Assembly (NCBI GenBank): GCA_038087875.1 | Contig: CM075992.1 | Span: forward strand, 6,264,001 to 6,328,000 | DNA length: 64,000 nt | Reading direction: 5' to 3' | From: Malacoraja senta | Taxonomy: Eukaryota | Shown: piece after piece, positions 37,991 through 51,649 of the stretch | How the letters are laid out: the number at the start of each line of letters is the position of its first letter | Position numbering within the stretch: position 1 is the first letter of the stretch | Notes under the pieces: generated by a model | The model's input: the letters and a program-made list of their open reading frames with translations, nothing else | Told to the model about the DNA's origin: nothing | Database searches by the model: none | Program-made: the position numbers and the translations under genes

Positions 37991-38735
37991 CTGTAAGCAC
38001 ATCAAGAGCAGACACATTTAGATTGCGGCAACACTCACTAAGGTCACTAATACTGAATCTGACAAGAACTATTCGGGTCAAATTTCAACTGGTGACCTCT
38101 TGCCTTATTTCCTGGTTGGCAGACAAAAATTGGGAGAACGAGAAATGGCAGAACTACTGGGGGATAGTAGAGCCACATCCTCACAGCGCCAGAGACCTGT
38201 GTCGATCCTGACCTCGGGTGCTGTCTGTATGTGGAGTTTGCACGTTCTCCCAAGGTAGAAATGTCAAATACTACAGGAAATAGCTTTAAGATGAGAAAGG
38301 AAAATTTGAAAGGAGACGTGCGAGAGTTTTTTTTCCCCCACATAGAGAGTGGTAGATGCCTGGAACATGCTACCAGGTGGCAGTGGTTGGGGCACAATGG
38401 TGTAAGCAGACACGAGAGTGACAATTACGTGGCCTTTAGTCAGACAGATGAACATTCAGGGAATGGAGGGATATAGATAATTTGTAACAGTTGGTATTGG
38501 TTTAATTTGGCATAATGGTCGGGACACACAACATGGGCCGAAGGGCCGGTTCCTAACTGCACTGCCCTATATTCTACAATCTAAACTAACCTTGTAGGAA
38601 TTAGATCGAGTCTTCCCTGTAAACGGAACTATAAAATTTGTATGAAATTCAAATCAGACACAAGGGAACGAGATAGCAATGTACTAACAAGCTCTGCTTT
38701 TTAATTAAAAATCATGGATAGTATTTTACTAATAC

Positions 38736-38865
38736 CTTAAATGGAGGTCTTCCAACTCTGATGAGAAATTAGCATTATCCTGAGGGGCAATGAGCAGTGA
38801 ATCATCCATCATATCCTTGTTATCCGTCACTGCTTTAACGAGCTCCAATCCATAACCTTTATCAT
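38736..38865 (-). CDS. brme1: BRME1 exon (130 nt, phase 1 to 2)
   Basis: Acceptor ctgcttcatag, open frame DDKGYGLELVKAV..ELEDLHL, donor AG|GTATTA. Confidence 0.7.
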
Positions 38866-39142
38866 CTATGAAGCAGATATAAGAGTTAATTCTTTTAATT
38901 AGTAATTACAATAGCTTTCTGTACATTTACAATTCTAGAGATTGCCTGACTGAAAGTTTATATTCCATATATCCAGGGCCAAGGCAGCCACTCTGTTAAC
39001 ACTTCACTAAATTATGTAACATGAGCAAATAATCAAAATATGTTTTAGTCATCTCTCTGATTAAGTTCCAACATATCCAGATACAATGAAGTTTCTGCAT
39101 TAGATGTTTAAACATTTACACCTATAAAGTCTTATGTACAGG

Positions 39143-39300
39143 GTAGACAAAAATGCTGGAGAAAGTCAGCAGGTGCGGCAGCATCTATGGAGCGAAGGAA
39201 ATATCTATCCTTCGCTCAATAGATGCTGCCGCACCCACTGAGTTTCTCCAGCATTTTTGTCTACCTTCGATTTTCCAGCATCTGCAGTTCCTTCTTGAAC
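39143..39300. mobile_element. palindromic Penelope-end element with 16-bp flanking duplication
   Basis: AAGTCTTATGTACAGG at 39127-39142 and 39301-39316. Confidence 0.8.
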
Positions 39301-39438
39301 AAGTCTTATGTACAGGTAGGTTTAGGTTTTTGGATACGTACAATCAAAGACTTGAAAGAAAATTGTGAAACTTGTAGCATACAAAACAATGAATAAACAT
39401 AGACTTTAATCCATACATAATCATATCACAAGCATTAC

Positions 39439-39475
39439 CTGGATGAACCATGCCTGGAATGGATTTGGAAAGAGT
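39439..39475 (-). CDS. brme1: BRME1 small exon (37 nt, TLSKSIPGMVHP)
   Basis: Acceptor ttttgtttcag, donor CAG|GTAATG. Phase 0 to 1 bridges the neighbouring exons. Confidence 0.65.
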
Positions 39476-40531
39476 CTGAAACAAAATTTAAAACGTTAGT
39501 GAAATATCAAAGAACCGGTACAAAAAGGAGTTGCATTTATTGACTGAGTAAGAGATACAGAAATTTGAAAACGCATGCCTCCAGATTCACGAACAGTCCC
39601 TTCCCTAACAGGCAGATTCACAAACAGTCCAATCCCAAATAGGCAACGTGACAGTACTCTCCACAGCTAAAGTGCAGTCCTGACCTCCTATCTACCTCTG
39701 TGGAGACCTTTGAGCTATCTTAATCGGACTTTAGTGCAATATCTTTGCACTAATGGCTGTATTCTTTATCTGCGCACTGAGGGCGGCTTGATTGTAGTCA
39801 TACCCAGTCTTATCTTTGACTGCTTAGCATGCAAACAAAAGCTTTTCACCGTACCTCGGTACACATGACAATAATAAACTAAACTCTGATGCAGCAAAAC
39901 AGAGTCAGATTCAGCACTGAGCATCAGCCACCCATTTATACTAATTCTACTTTTATACTCCCATTCCCTTCAAACTCCGCCAGATTCTACCACTCTCCCA
40001 CACACCAGGAAGGATTCAGTGATTAATTAAGCCATCAACCATCTCTGGGTAGTGGAGGGAACGAGCACCTGCTGGAAAGCCACACTTATCAAGATCGTTA
40101 AAACTCCACACCTAAGTCACTGAAGCTGGTGACGTAACTGCTCCGCCCTACACCGCATCAAAAGGGGATTTACACAGAGAGGCAATTCATGCATTAAATA
40201 GTGATGAAGGAATTAGTCCTATTGCAATGTAAATGCACTCAGAACTATTTGCTTTGGTTATTTGCAAATTAATAAACCATTTCATTTATTTTGGTTTAGT
40301 TTTGTTTCGAGAAGCACCTTGTCTTTCGGAGCACCTTGAGTTCCTAAAAGAACACAAAGTGCTGGATTAACTCAGCAGGTCAGGCAGAATCCCTGAAGAA
40401 CACGGATAGGTGATGTTTCAGGTCAAGACCCTTCTTCAGACCTTGGGTTCCTCATCTGAAGAAGGCTCCTGACCCCAAATCTTCATCTGTTCATTCCTTC
40501 CTCAGATCAAACAGGTAGAGTTGCTGCCTAA

Positions 40532-41262
40532 TGCCCCTGTCCCACTTAGGAAACCTGAACGGAAACCTCTGGAGACCTTGCGCCCCACCCAAGGTTTCCG
40601 TGAGGTTCCCGGAGGTTTTGGTCACTCTCCCTAATGGTGGAAAGTGGTTTCTGCGTAGTCGAGGCTTCTTCTATGTTCCTGCGATTATTTAAAAAAAACA
40701 AAAAACGGCCTCGACTAAAAATAGGTTGCCGTTTGGTTGAAGCTAGTGGAGTGGGGTTGCTATTTACTTACAGGCAGTCGAAGCCAATCTCCTTCGCTGA
40801 CCTGCCATTTTGATTGGCTCATTGGTGTTTTCAGCAAAGATCCTGTAGGATCTTTGGTTTTCAGGAACTAGAAGATCTGCCGGAAGGTAAAATGCCCGCT
40901 AACTTTATTAAACTTCTTAAAACTGTCTCCACTCCTTCTCCCCCCCCCCCCCCTTCTCTCTCTCCTTCTCTCCCTCCCTCTCAAAAGGACTTACCGTGCT
41001 CTGTGGCAGCCGTTTACTTTCCTCTTCATCGCGCAGACTGCGCTCCTCCGCTGTCCCTGACCCCCACCTTCGCGATGTGTGTGTGTGTGTGTGCGGTCGG
41101 TAGCAAAGATCCTGTAGGATCTTTGGTCAGTAGATGCAGTTCACGCTTCGGTCGAGGCTTTCCAGGCAAGTGACCAAAACCTCTGGCAACTCATGGAAAC
41201 CTTGGGTGGGGCGCAAGGTCACCAGAGGTTTCCGTTCAGGTTTCCTAAGTGGGACAGGGGCA
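40532..41262. mobile_element. PIF/Harbinger-like MITE with long TIRs, inserted in a SINE head
   Basis: TGCCCCTGTCCCACTTAGGAAACCTGAACGGAAACCTCTGG..CTTGCGCCCCACCCAAGGTTTCC and its reverse complement at the right end; TAA/TTA flanks. Confidence 0.85.
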
Positions 41263-41894
41263 TTACAGCACCAGAGACCTGGGCTCGATCCTGATTATGG
41301 GTGCTGTCTGCACGGCGTTTGTATGTTCTTCCTGTGACCTGCGTGGGTTTTCTCCAGATGCTCCAGTTTTCTCCCACACTCCAAAGACGTACAGGTTTGT
41401 AGATTAATTGGCTTTTGTAAAATTGTCCCTAGTGTGTGGAGGATAGTGTTAGTGTACGGGTGATCACTGGTTGGTGCGGACTTGGTGGACGAAGGGCCTA
41501 TTTCCATGCCTTATCTCTAAACTAAACAAAATAATGAAGAACAAAATATTCATGAACATATTTACAATATCTTAGATTAGGAACCAGATGAATTCTTGCC
41601 TTTAAGTCTGGGTTTTATCACAAGCAATGTACATAGTTAAAAAAAATCACACTAATGAGTTAATTTGTCTTTGGTTGTTAATGCTAAATATATGATTATG
41701 TATGCCTCCATATATTAAGCTTCACTGAACTCATTGATTTGAAGATATGGAGATGGATCCAATCAATAGCTGTATTCTTGCATGTGGTTTGTGTTAGAAA
41801 AATGTCATACTTTTTCACAGAGGACTTTAAGGAATTATGGCTGAAGGTGTATAATATAGTAAAATTATTAATAATCGTTAATAAAATCATTTAC

Positions 41895-44393
41895 CTCACA
41901 ATTGGTACTGTGGTGTGCATTTTGCTCACTTTCATCCTTTTGTTTCACAGTCCAAGATGCTGTCACATGTTGACAATTAACCCTCTCCTGAGCCATAGTG
42001 GAGGATCTCTCATGTGCCATCGACAAACTGTAGCCCTTACATTCTTCAACATTACTTATCCTATCATTAGTTTCTGTGTTGGCTTTCTTATGAACAGAAG
42101 CAGCAACTGCTGATTCAACACTTGAAGTTGGTAACGTCATTGAAAGGTCTCCAACATGCCTTGCTGTGAAATCCTCAGCTTGATGTTGCGAGGAAGCCAC
42201 TGAAATGGTTGTTAGATTTTGACCACTTATAGGTAACGTATTCTTGTCTCCAGTTGCAAGGTCGCAACTCACTTGCAAATCCATCTCTTCCGCAGGAAAA
42301 AACGTCCGATTAAACATATCAGGCTTATCTACATCTTCCTCCTTAGGATGGTCATTTGAAGTCTGGACTCTGTGTTCTTCTGCATTATCATTCTCTTCAT
42401 TATCATCTCTGTTCACACCCCCACATTCCATACTTCCTCCATCTTGAATCTGTTTCTTTTCTTCTTGATGACAACTATCAGCATCATCGTCCATTCCATC
42501 GCCAGATAACTGTGACGCTGCTGTAACGTCCTCGTTCTTTGTTTCACTGCTGACACCCTGCTGAATTTCCTTTCTGTTTAAATCTACCGTACCTGAATCT
42601 TCGATCATGTGGCGTTCAATCGGGAAGCCCTGGTTAGCCTGCGATGACAATCTATTACAAATGACTTCTTTAGTGGTGGCCAATGACATGTTGTTGATTA
42701 TCTGTTCTTCTGCATCCTCTGTTCCTTTTCCATTACATTTAACACTAAATTGTATCTGATGACTACTTACTTCAATATCGGGAATAACTTCTTCATTGTT
42801 GACAGGATGGTCAGGTGTTTGCGAAAGGTTGATATTTGTATTTTGCAGTGTTTTCTCAGAGATCTGTGATCCTCTTTCCAAATCTACATCCTGCACAGAA
42901 CCATTGGTGTTTTCTGTACACACCTTAAAAGCCATAGGGCTTTTGGACACACCGGCTTCCGAGCAAATGAGTGCTGAGTTGGCCAACTGAGTTCCAAAAA
43001 GGGTTGACTCCTTAGATCCAATACATTGTTCTCCTAGTCTGTCTTGTCCAAAAGAATCACACTTCTGGTCTCCAGTGTCAGTTGGTATAGCACCACTGTC
43101 ATGGTTTTCACTTAATGCTTCCTGGATTAGCAGTTTTGTTTCTTCATCAGCAGTATGGCAATTTATGGAATTACACCCCTCTATATTATCGCCACAACCA
43201 TGAATGGTTTCATAAGAATTCTGGGTGATCTCCTGATGTTCATGGCTTCTGGCTATGTCCGTTTCTGCTTGATCACCGGGATGTATCTCAGACACACTCT
43301 CCGTCCTTTTAACTTCTGGAAAGCATTGGCTCAGTTGCTCTTGAAGTTTAACATCTTGATCGCCTGAGTCTCTGTGGAGAATTAGACGGTCGATCATAGA
43401 GGGGACTGGAACATTCATGTCAGACCAGTTGCTGTTAGAGCCATTTTGAGATTCAAAGTTCATCAAGAGACAATTTCTCACTGAGTTGGGCGATTCTGGC
43501 ATTTTCGCATTTACATTCCGACATTTATCCATTACATCAGGCTGAGAATTAATTTGACACTTGTCCATTACGTTAGGCTGAGAATTAATGCTGTAGCTCT
43601 CCAGCTGATTTTCAGCATTAGTATCAAGTGAAAGGCCAACAGGCTGTGAACATTTTGTCTCCTTTAGGTCACCAGTCAGATTCATTTGCACAAGCAGTTC
43701 TTGTTCTTGTTTGTTAACCTCTGAGACTTCACATACTACATGACGAGTCTCCTCTATACAAGTAAAGTCCTTTAATTCTTCAGGGGTAAGCACACGGCTT
43801 TCAACATTTTTGTCAGCATTCTTACTGATTATGAGAGCCCATTTTGATTGTTTACTTTGGGATGCTACTTCCTCATGGGTGACTTGCACTTTATCAATTG
43901 TTTCCTGGTTAAAATGGTGCAGCAGTTCATTGTTAGGCTTTCCCTCAGAGATAGAGGTGCTTAAGTTCTGTGTTTTGCACTCTGTTTGAGTTAGTGGCTC
44001 AAATGCTGTGCTATGAGCTACTGGGATTGGAGTGCTGCAAAGCACATCCATTTCATATTGATGGCTGCCCAGTTTGCTACTGTTATTTCTTCCTTCAGTA
44101 ACATCAGAATTTATGGGATTGGAGTAGCACATTAACCCTTCAATGGAATGATCTACAAAGTCTGTTCCCACTTGCATTGTTGAATGTGATACACAGTTGT
44201 CATCTGTAAAAATCTCCTGCTGCTTGTTCCCTGGCACTTTAGAATCTAGATGACTTGCGTTAGAGGCAAACTGTTCTGAAGGCTGTTGAGATGCCTGCTC
44301 TTGGTGTTTGGTAGTAGCCAGACTGAATCCTGAACCCTCGTGGACCACACCATGAGATCTGTCATCACCTTCCGTTTTACTGATGTTTGAGCT
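41895..44393 (-). CDS. brme1: BRME1 large internal exon (2499 nt, 833 codons, acidic and low complexity)
   Basis: Lies within ORF 41868-44441. Acceptor ttcttcattatttaag, donor GAG|GTAAAT, phase 0 to 0. No repeats noted; S/E/D/N/Q-rich. Confidence 0.88.
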
Positions 44394-45957
44394 CTTAAAT
44401 AATGAAGAAAAATTAAATAAGGACATATCTAATGCATTCATTTACATTCTATAGCTGGAATACAAGTCAATCTTTGTTTTATGTTTAGGAAGTAACTGCA
44501 GATGCTGGTTTACACCGAAGATAGACACAAAAGCTGGAGTAGCTTTGTGGGTCAGACAGTATCACTGGAGAAAAGGAATACGTGACATTTGGGGTCAGGA
44601 CCCTTCTTCGGACTTAAAAAAGGGTCTTGACCCGAAACGTCACCTATTTATTTTCTCCAGAGATGCTGCCTGACCCGCCGAGTTTAGTTTAGTGATACAG
44701 TGCGGAAACGGGCCCTTTGGCCCACCGGGTCCGCGCTGACCAGCGATCCCCGCACATTAACACTATCTTACACAACCAGGGACAATTTATATATATACAA
44801 AGCCAATTAACCTATAAACATGTACGGCTTTAGAGTGTGGGAGAATACCGATGATACTCCGTACAGGCAGCACCCGTAGTCAGGATCCAACCCGGGTGTC
44901 CTGCGCTGCAAGCACCGTAAGGCAGCAACTCTACCGCTGTGCCACCGTGCCGCCCTCCAGCATTTTGTGCCTATGTTTGTTTCATGTTATTGTGCTACAT
45001 ATGATTTTGCTTTGTGGTTTATTTTGTTATTTTACACAAAGGGATACAATAAATGAACCTAAAATTTACAGAAAACCTTTTAAAAGTACAGTCTGATGAG
45101 ATCTCTTCCACTGAATATACCATCATTCTGAGTTTCAGAAAGGAAATGCATCACAGGCCAACTGGTAAACTGGTCACTGAAGCCTTTGGAAGACTGCGGA
45201 GACTCAAATCAATGGGACAGCTGGTAAGAGTACCGCATGGGGTATTGTCATGCTACAATTCGGATTCAGTTCTTCATCTGTTAACTTTTCTGATCTCAGC
45301 CAAGTCAGTGAAAGGTATGCAATGCTAATTTTAAAGATCAGGCTGAAGAAAGGAATAAAAGACAAACATCTGGAAATATTCTGTGTCGGGCTGTGGAGAA
45401 ACAGAGATAATGGTTCAGTTAATTACCTGAAAAATAGTTTTCCAATTATCACTCTGTGACACAAAGGGTGGTGGGTGTACGAAATGAGCTGCCGGAGGAG
45501 GTAGTTGAGGCAGGGACTATCACCACATTTAAGAAGCAATTTGACAGGTACATGGATAGGACAGGTTTGGAGGGATATGAGCCAAATGCAGGCATGAGAC
45601 TAGTGTAGATGGGACATGTTGGCCGGTTTGTGCAAGTTGGGCCGAAGGGCTTATTTCCACACTGTATGACTCTGTGATCCTGTTGTAGGGTGTGCATATT
45701 GGTGGAGGCAACAACATGCTGTAAGAATGTCTTCCAGTGTCATCAGTCCATTGCTATTTTATGTCTAAGGCACGTGCATTAAAATAAAGCTGTTGAAAGA
45801 AATAAAATCTTCAGAATATTTCCAATAATTGAGATCAAAGAAATACAAACTCTGGCATGACCTACTGGTCAGTTTATTGACATATATCTATGTATAAAGC
45901 AGATATGATACAACTAGTATTATAATGCCATCCCATGAAACAAGTGCAGCAAAATAC

Positions 45958-46056
45958 CTCTTTGCTTGTCTTCTGCAGAACATTCTTCAATGAATCACTG
46001 CGCGTAAGTCGATTTTTTGGCTTTGGAAAGACGGGAACATATCTTCCAGCTGAATT
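45958..46056 (-). CDS. brme1: BRME1 coding exon 4 (99 nt)
   Basis: Encodes NSAGRYVPVFPKPKNRLTR..SKE, resembling the conserved SQNSxGRFVPxF motif of BRME1 as I recall it. Canonical ag/GT boundaries. Confidence 0.85.
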
Positions 46057-48163
46057 CTATGGAGTAAATTACAAACTGAATAAAATAAAATTGAAATGAC
46101 ATTTATTTGTGAAAAGAATATTTATTTTGCAAGATGTACACAGCTTCAGTAAATACAGGGGGGTGCCACAATGATTTGTGCAGGCGTCTCAACTATTTAT
46201 AATCTGCAGTGATGATTTGGATGAAGGGACAAAATGCCCAGCAGCAAAACTTGCTGATGATACGAAGGAAGGTGGGTGAGCAAAGTGTGAAAAGAATGTA
46301 TGGAGTTTGCAGAGGGATGCAGATCTGAGTAAATGAGCAAGAGTGGGCATATGGAGTATATTCTGTGAAAATAGGATATTATCTACTTTGAAAAGAAGAA
46401 TGAAAGAGTGAATATTTACATGGTGTGTGGCTACAACATGTTGTAATAATGGAGAGATCTGAGGGTCCAGTACAAGAAACACAAGTGGGTATAATGTGTG
46501 TAGAAAGGAATTGCAGATGCTGGTGCATACCGAAGATAGACACACAAAGTGCTGGAGTAACTCAGTGGGTCAGGCAGCATCTCTGGAGAAAGAGGATGGG
46601 TGATGTTTCGGGTCGGGACCCTTCATCACACTGGCCAGTCAGACGGGTCCCGACCTGAAACACTACCCAACCTTCTTCTCCAGAGTTGCTGCCTGACCTG
46701 CTGAGTTACTACAGCACTTTGTATCTATCTTAGGTATAACAAGTTATGCTAATAGAATATTGACCTTTCTTGCAAAGGATATGGATTACAAATTCAATTG
46801 ATTTTAATTCAATTCTACAGTGTGCTGGTGAACTACATCTAGCATCTTACATCCCTTATAATCCAAGGAAGGGTGTGCTTGGATTAGAGAATGTGTAGAG
46901 ATAGTACAGCTCATTAATTCAATAGACAATACATAATAGGTGCAGGAGTAGGCCATTCGGCCCTTCGAGCCAGCACCACCATTCAATGTGATCATCCCCA
47001 ATCAGTACCCCGTTCCTGCCTTCTCCCCATATCCCCTGACTCCGCTATCGTTATGAGCCCTATCGAGCTCTCTCTTGGAATTATCCAGAGAACCGGTCTT
47101 CACCGCCCTCTGAGGCAGAGAATTCCGCAGACTCACAACTCTCTGTGAGAAAAAGAAATTCCTGGGGTGAAGGAAATGATGCATGAAGAAAGGTTGAGCA
47201 GTTTGGGTCTATGATCATTAGAGTAAAGAATAAGAGAATATCTTCTTGAAGCTACCAAGGGGGACTGATGGTTTGAATGCTCAGCTATTTCTGAGTGTTC
47301 GGAATTCTCACAAGAAATTCTCCTACAATAGTCTGCCCTTCGGCTCCAATTTACAAACCGTGTACAGTTATGTGTGAAGGATACTAAAAGGAAATATAAA
47401 CTTTCACCACATTTATACCTCTGCAATGTCTAAATCTGATTAAATCAGACTATATAACCAGCTCTAAGGGATTGCCATGGAAAAATTGAGCTAATGGTGA
47501 AACTTAGGGTTTTTTGTGTCCAATTAGTAAATCAAGGTCAACAATGGATGTTCTGATGCTTTATATCTCAGGTGCAAGAGAGAAGCGAGCTCTTTACTTT
47601 CTCGTACGTGAACCAATTCTCTTCCAATGTGCCCGTAAATACACTGAAAATAGTGTCACAATGTCGTGGGTTAATTCCACTACTGACTATGGTGTAATGC
47701 TAAAGGAAACATAATCCAACTTCTATTAAAGTGAAGTTCGAATCTGTGCTTGGTTGGCAGTGCTAAACGGGCAGTAGGCACAGCTGCAGCTGTAGCCTTA
47801 CATCACCAGAGACCAGGTTTGATCCCGATCTTGGGTGCTGAGTGAATGGAATTTGCATGTTCTCTCGTGACCATGTGAGTTTCGTCCGGGTGCTCCATTT
47901 TCCACCCACATCCCAATGTAATGCATATTTGTTGGCTAATTGGCTTCTGTGAATTTCCCCTAGTGTGCATGCAGTGGATGAAAGAAGTGTGATAGTGTGA
48001 ACCGATCAATGGTCGGTGTTGACTCGGTGGGCCGGAAGGCCAGTTTCCATGGAGTACCTTTCAAACAATCAATCAAGCAGATGCACATAGGACACTGATT
48101 CCAAAGTTCTAATGAAGGTAATGCACATTTAAAACATATAATATGTAAGGTATGCCAACAAAC

Positions 48164-48251
48164 CTGGGAAAGTGGAATTGATAACTGTTCTCCTTCCTGA
48201 GATCCATTCACTCTGCCTTTTTCCTCTACTGCTGATACATTCAGATCGGTT
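48164..48251 (-). CDS. brme1: BRME1 coding exon 3 (88 nt, phase 2 to 0)
   Basis: Acceptor cattactttag; encodes TDLNVSAV..IPLSQ; donor CAG|GTTTGT. Joins the next exon to give IPLSQ-NSAGRYVPVF. Confidence 0.8.
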
Positions 48252-49950
48252 CTAAAGTAATGAGAAAATAGCAATTAAGTGAATCTATTTAAAGTGCATG
48301 ACACAAGGAGCAATTTTGAGAGCTAATGCAGTCTTTTATCAATCTTTTTCTACCTAAGAGAAAATAAAGGATTAACCACCTCAGAGCTAAATAAAAATGC
48401 TGGTGATGAATTAATGTTTTTCATATTCCCACAACATTTCACCCAATTCCCATCAAGATGTATTAATGGAGAAACTAGCAACCATCTGGAAAAGTTGCTA
48501 GATTAGTCTCCAATGACCGCACAAAATAATTGGACCGTCAAAAATTGACCTCCCCCCCCCCCATGATCAATTGAACTTTTGAAAATTGCATCACAAATAC
48601 TATTAGCTATGCTAAATGCAGCAATTCAGATATCAAAATAACCCAAAGGACCTGAATGGGAGGGAGATATTCTTGACCCCAAGGGATTGTCTCAGAAGAT
48701 TTCTTCCACTCTGGATTCCGAGGTGGCTAACTAACATGCTTGACAGGGAGCTGGGTGGGTATTTAGGGACATAATGTGCTTCTTCTGTTGTTTACAGCGC
48801 ACATAGCCAGAGGTTATGAAATATTAATTTATTCCACACCAGGGGCAGAATTGTTCAGGGTGACACCAGGTGTCAGGAGTTATGGGGCGAAGGCAAGAGA
48901 ATGGGGAAAGATAGAGCCTAAGCCATGACTGAATGGCAGAGTAGACTTGATGGGCTGAATGGCCTTATTCTGCTCCATCCATCCTCTGCTTATTGTGTCT
49001 CATTCAGTGTGGTGTTATCAGTTCAGTTTCTTGTCAGTAGACACAAAATGCTGGAGAAACTCAGCGGGTGAGGCAGCGTCTATGGAGAGAAGAAATTGGC
49101 AACGTTTCGGGTTGAGACCCTTCTTCAGAGGAGGTACAGTGAAATGTTTTTGTTGCGTGCTATCAGTCAGCAGGAAGACAACACATGTTACATAATCGAG
49201 CCATTTGCAGTGAATAGATACACGATAAGGGAATAACGTTTAGTGCAAGGTAAAGCCAGCAAGGTCCGATCAAGGATAGTCCGAGGGTCACCAATGATGT
49301 AGATAGTAGTTCAGCACCGCTCTCTGGTTGTGGTAGGATGATTCAGTTGCCTGATAACAGCTGGGAAGAAACTCAGTGTTGGAATGTTTGAATGTCTGGG
49401 CTATGACAACAGAGTGATGGTCAAGTCCATCACTTTGGGTAAAAAACAAAGTGAAGGAACTCAGCAGGCCAGGCAGATTCTTCTTCGGACTGATGACAAG
49501 TTTGCAGAAGGTTCCTGACCCGAAATATCACCTGTCCATTTTCCTCCACAGATGCTACCTGATCTGCTGAGTTCCTCTGGCATTTTGTTTTTTTTACTCA
49601 AGATGCTAGCATCTGCAGTTTCTTGTTTCTCTATCACTTCTTAAGTTGCCTATCAGGAAACTGATATTCTAGATCCTGGATTTCATCCTGCGATGCGGAA
49701 ATTCCAAGCGTGTGATTTATTTAAACGTGGAGTGGCTATTGCAAACTGATATGAAGAAAAGATAGGCACAGATTTAAGCAGCAACATGCTCAAGGATCAT
49801 GGGCAGGAAAAGGTTGAAGATGGGTGACAATTTATCCATAATAACATATGAAGTCACAATGAATAGTCCTCCCGATTTCATTGCTTTCAGATTGTACCAT
49901 TTTCGCACATTATATTGATTTTAAGAAGTTAAGGGAGGACAATATTTCAC

Positions 49951-50161
49951 CTTTGTTTTTTACATTCCAGATTGTGGCTTATGGTTACTGGTTCTTCATC
50001 CTCTCCAGGTTCCATGGCAATTCCCTCTGTGCCTTGTCTTACAGTCGCAGTGTTGCATTCTATCTCCACAGTGTCTATATTCTGGTCCTTCCCAGCTTGG
50101 AAATGTTTCTTTCTCAGTGTTCTTGCAACAGGTAACAATCTTCCATTTTCTCTTTCTTCAA
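49951..50161 (-). CDS. brme1: BRME1 coding exon 2 (211 nt, phase 1 to 2)
   Basis: Acceptor ctcctttgccag, open frame EERENGRLLP..ECKKQ, donor AG|GTGAAA. This is the only one of three candidate donors that matches the phase of the next exon. Confidence 0.72.
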
Positions 50162-50879
50162 CTGGCAAAGGAGTTAAGAAACAGGGACTTAAATATTCAC
50201 TGCGCTTTGGGATAGAATACAGTATATTTAAGACTCTTAAAATTCTCTAAATTACATTCTCAAAATATGAATTAATTTAAAAGCAGCCACAAAATAAAGG
50301 TAAAGTGGAATGCTGCAAAAGTATAAACAAAAGTGAATCAGGAAATGTTTATTGGAATAAAAACATTATAACATTAACAATTATTCCAGAACTTTGGAAT
50401 AGTATACCATAAAAATGCTACACTCTCTTTGTGCTGTGCAACATTTTATTTATAAATGCCCGAGCTTCATTAACTCTTGCACTTCTCAGAATATTTATGT
50501 TAGTTACAGAAAAGGCAACCCTGATTCATAGAAGACCTCCAGATTCCTCAAGTGAGTGGAAACGGTTCTCCTTAAATCTATTCTAGTGTATATGAAGATG
50601 CTTGGAGCACAATAGATAATACGTGCAGGAGTAGGCCATTTGACCCTTCGAGCCAGCACCGCCATTCAATGTGATCATGGCTGATCATCCCCAATCAGTA
50701 CCCCGTTCCTGCCTTCTCTCCATATCCCCTGATCTCCTATCTTTAAGAGCACATCTGTTCCTTTCTGTCGCTTAGAATTTTCTCTTTGGCATCTGTTCTT
50801 ATCTAGCAAACACAGAAGGGTAGCGTTTAAAGTATACTTTGGAAAGGTAATGCCATATAGAATTAGATTATTCAGATGT

Positions 50880-51021
50880 TGTCGGAAGGAACAGCAGATG
50901 ATGGTTTAAACCGAAGATAGACACAAGGTTGAAGAAGGATCTAAGCCCGAATCGTCACCCATTCCTTCTATCCAGAGATGCTGCCTGTCCAGCTGAATTA
51001 CTCTAGCATTTTGCGTCTATC
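50880..51021. mobile_element. Penelope-end element with 17-bp flanking duplication
   Basis: TTAGATTATTCAGATGT at 50863-50879 and 51022-51038. Confidence 0.75.
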
Positions 51022-51649
51022 TTAGATTATTCAGATGTACAAGTCGATTAGGTCAAAATTAAGAGCATCAAAAATAAAGGGGAAAAGGTTTGAGAGGAAA
51101 AAATCAGTTTTCTATGATCAAATGGCAGAGCCGACTCTAGGGGCCAAATGGCTTAATTCTGCTCCTATGTCTTGTGGTCTCAATGAATGTACAACAACGA
51201 ATGCATTCTGCAAATCAGTTACACTAACATATCTAACTCAATTGAGCAAGATAGCACTAAAGATTAAATCTGCAGAAGGGTCTCGACCCAAAACATTACC
51301 CATTCCTACTCTCCAGAGATGGTGCCTTTCCCGCTGAGTTACTCCAGCATTTTGTGTCTATCTTCGGTTTAAACCAGCATCTGCAGTTCCTTCCTACACT
51401 AAAGATCAAGACATGCACCTTCTCCCTTCTGAGGGAACTGGTGTGCTTTTCATGGGGAGTGAATGGTATAATCCTTGAGCGTCAGGCCTTCCATCCCATA
51501 AGTGTGTATGGCGTACCAGCATGGAATCATTTGGCAAAACCAAATTCCAGCTTAATTTAACAATGTGTACGTCACAAACTTCCGTGACAACTCATGTTAC
51601 ACAAATCCTCACTAAACCTCCCCCTTTGTTTTGTGCTGGTTACATACAA

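Noticed and set aside
37893..38081. Listed 62-aa ORF, or acceptors at 38052/38058, as the BRME1 exon
   Set aside because: Wrong frame or in-frame stop; the conserved EDAT..ELS frame uses the acceptor at 37990.
41868..44441. 857-aa ORF as a stand-alone single-exon gene
   Set aside because: Its ATG lies in a polypyrimidine acceptor region, and splice sites at 44393 and 41895 join it in frame to BRME1 exons.
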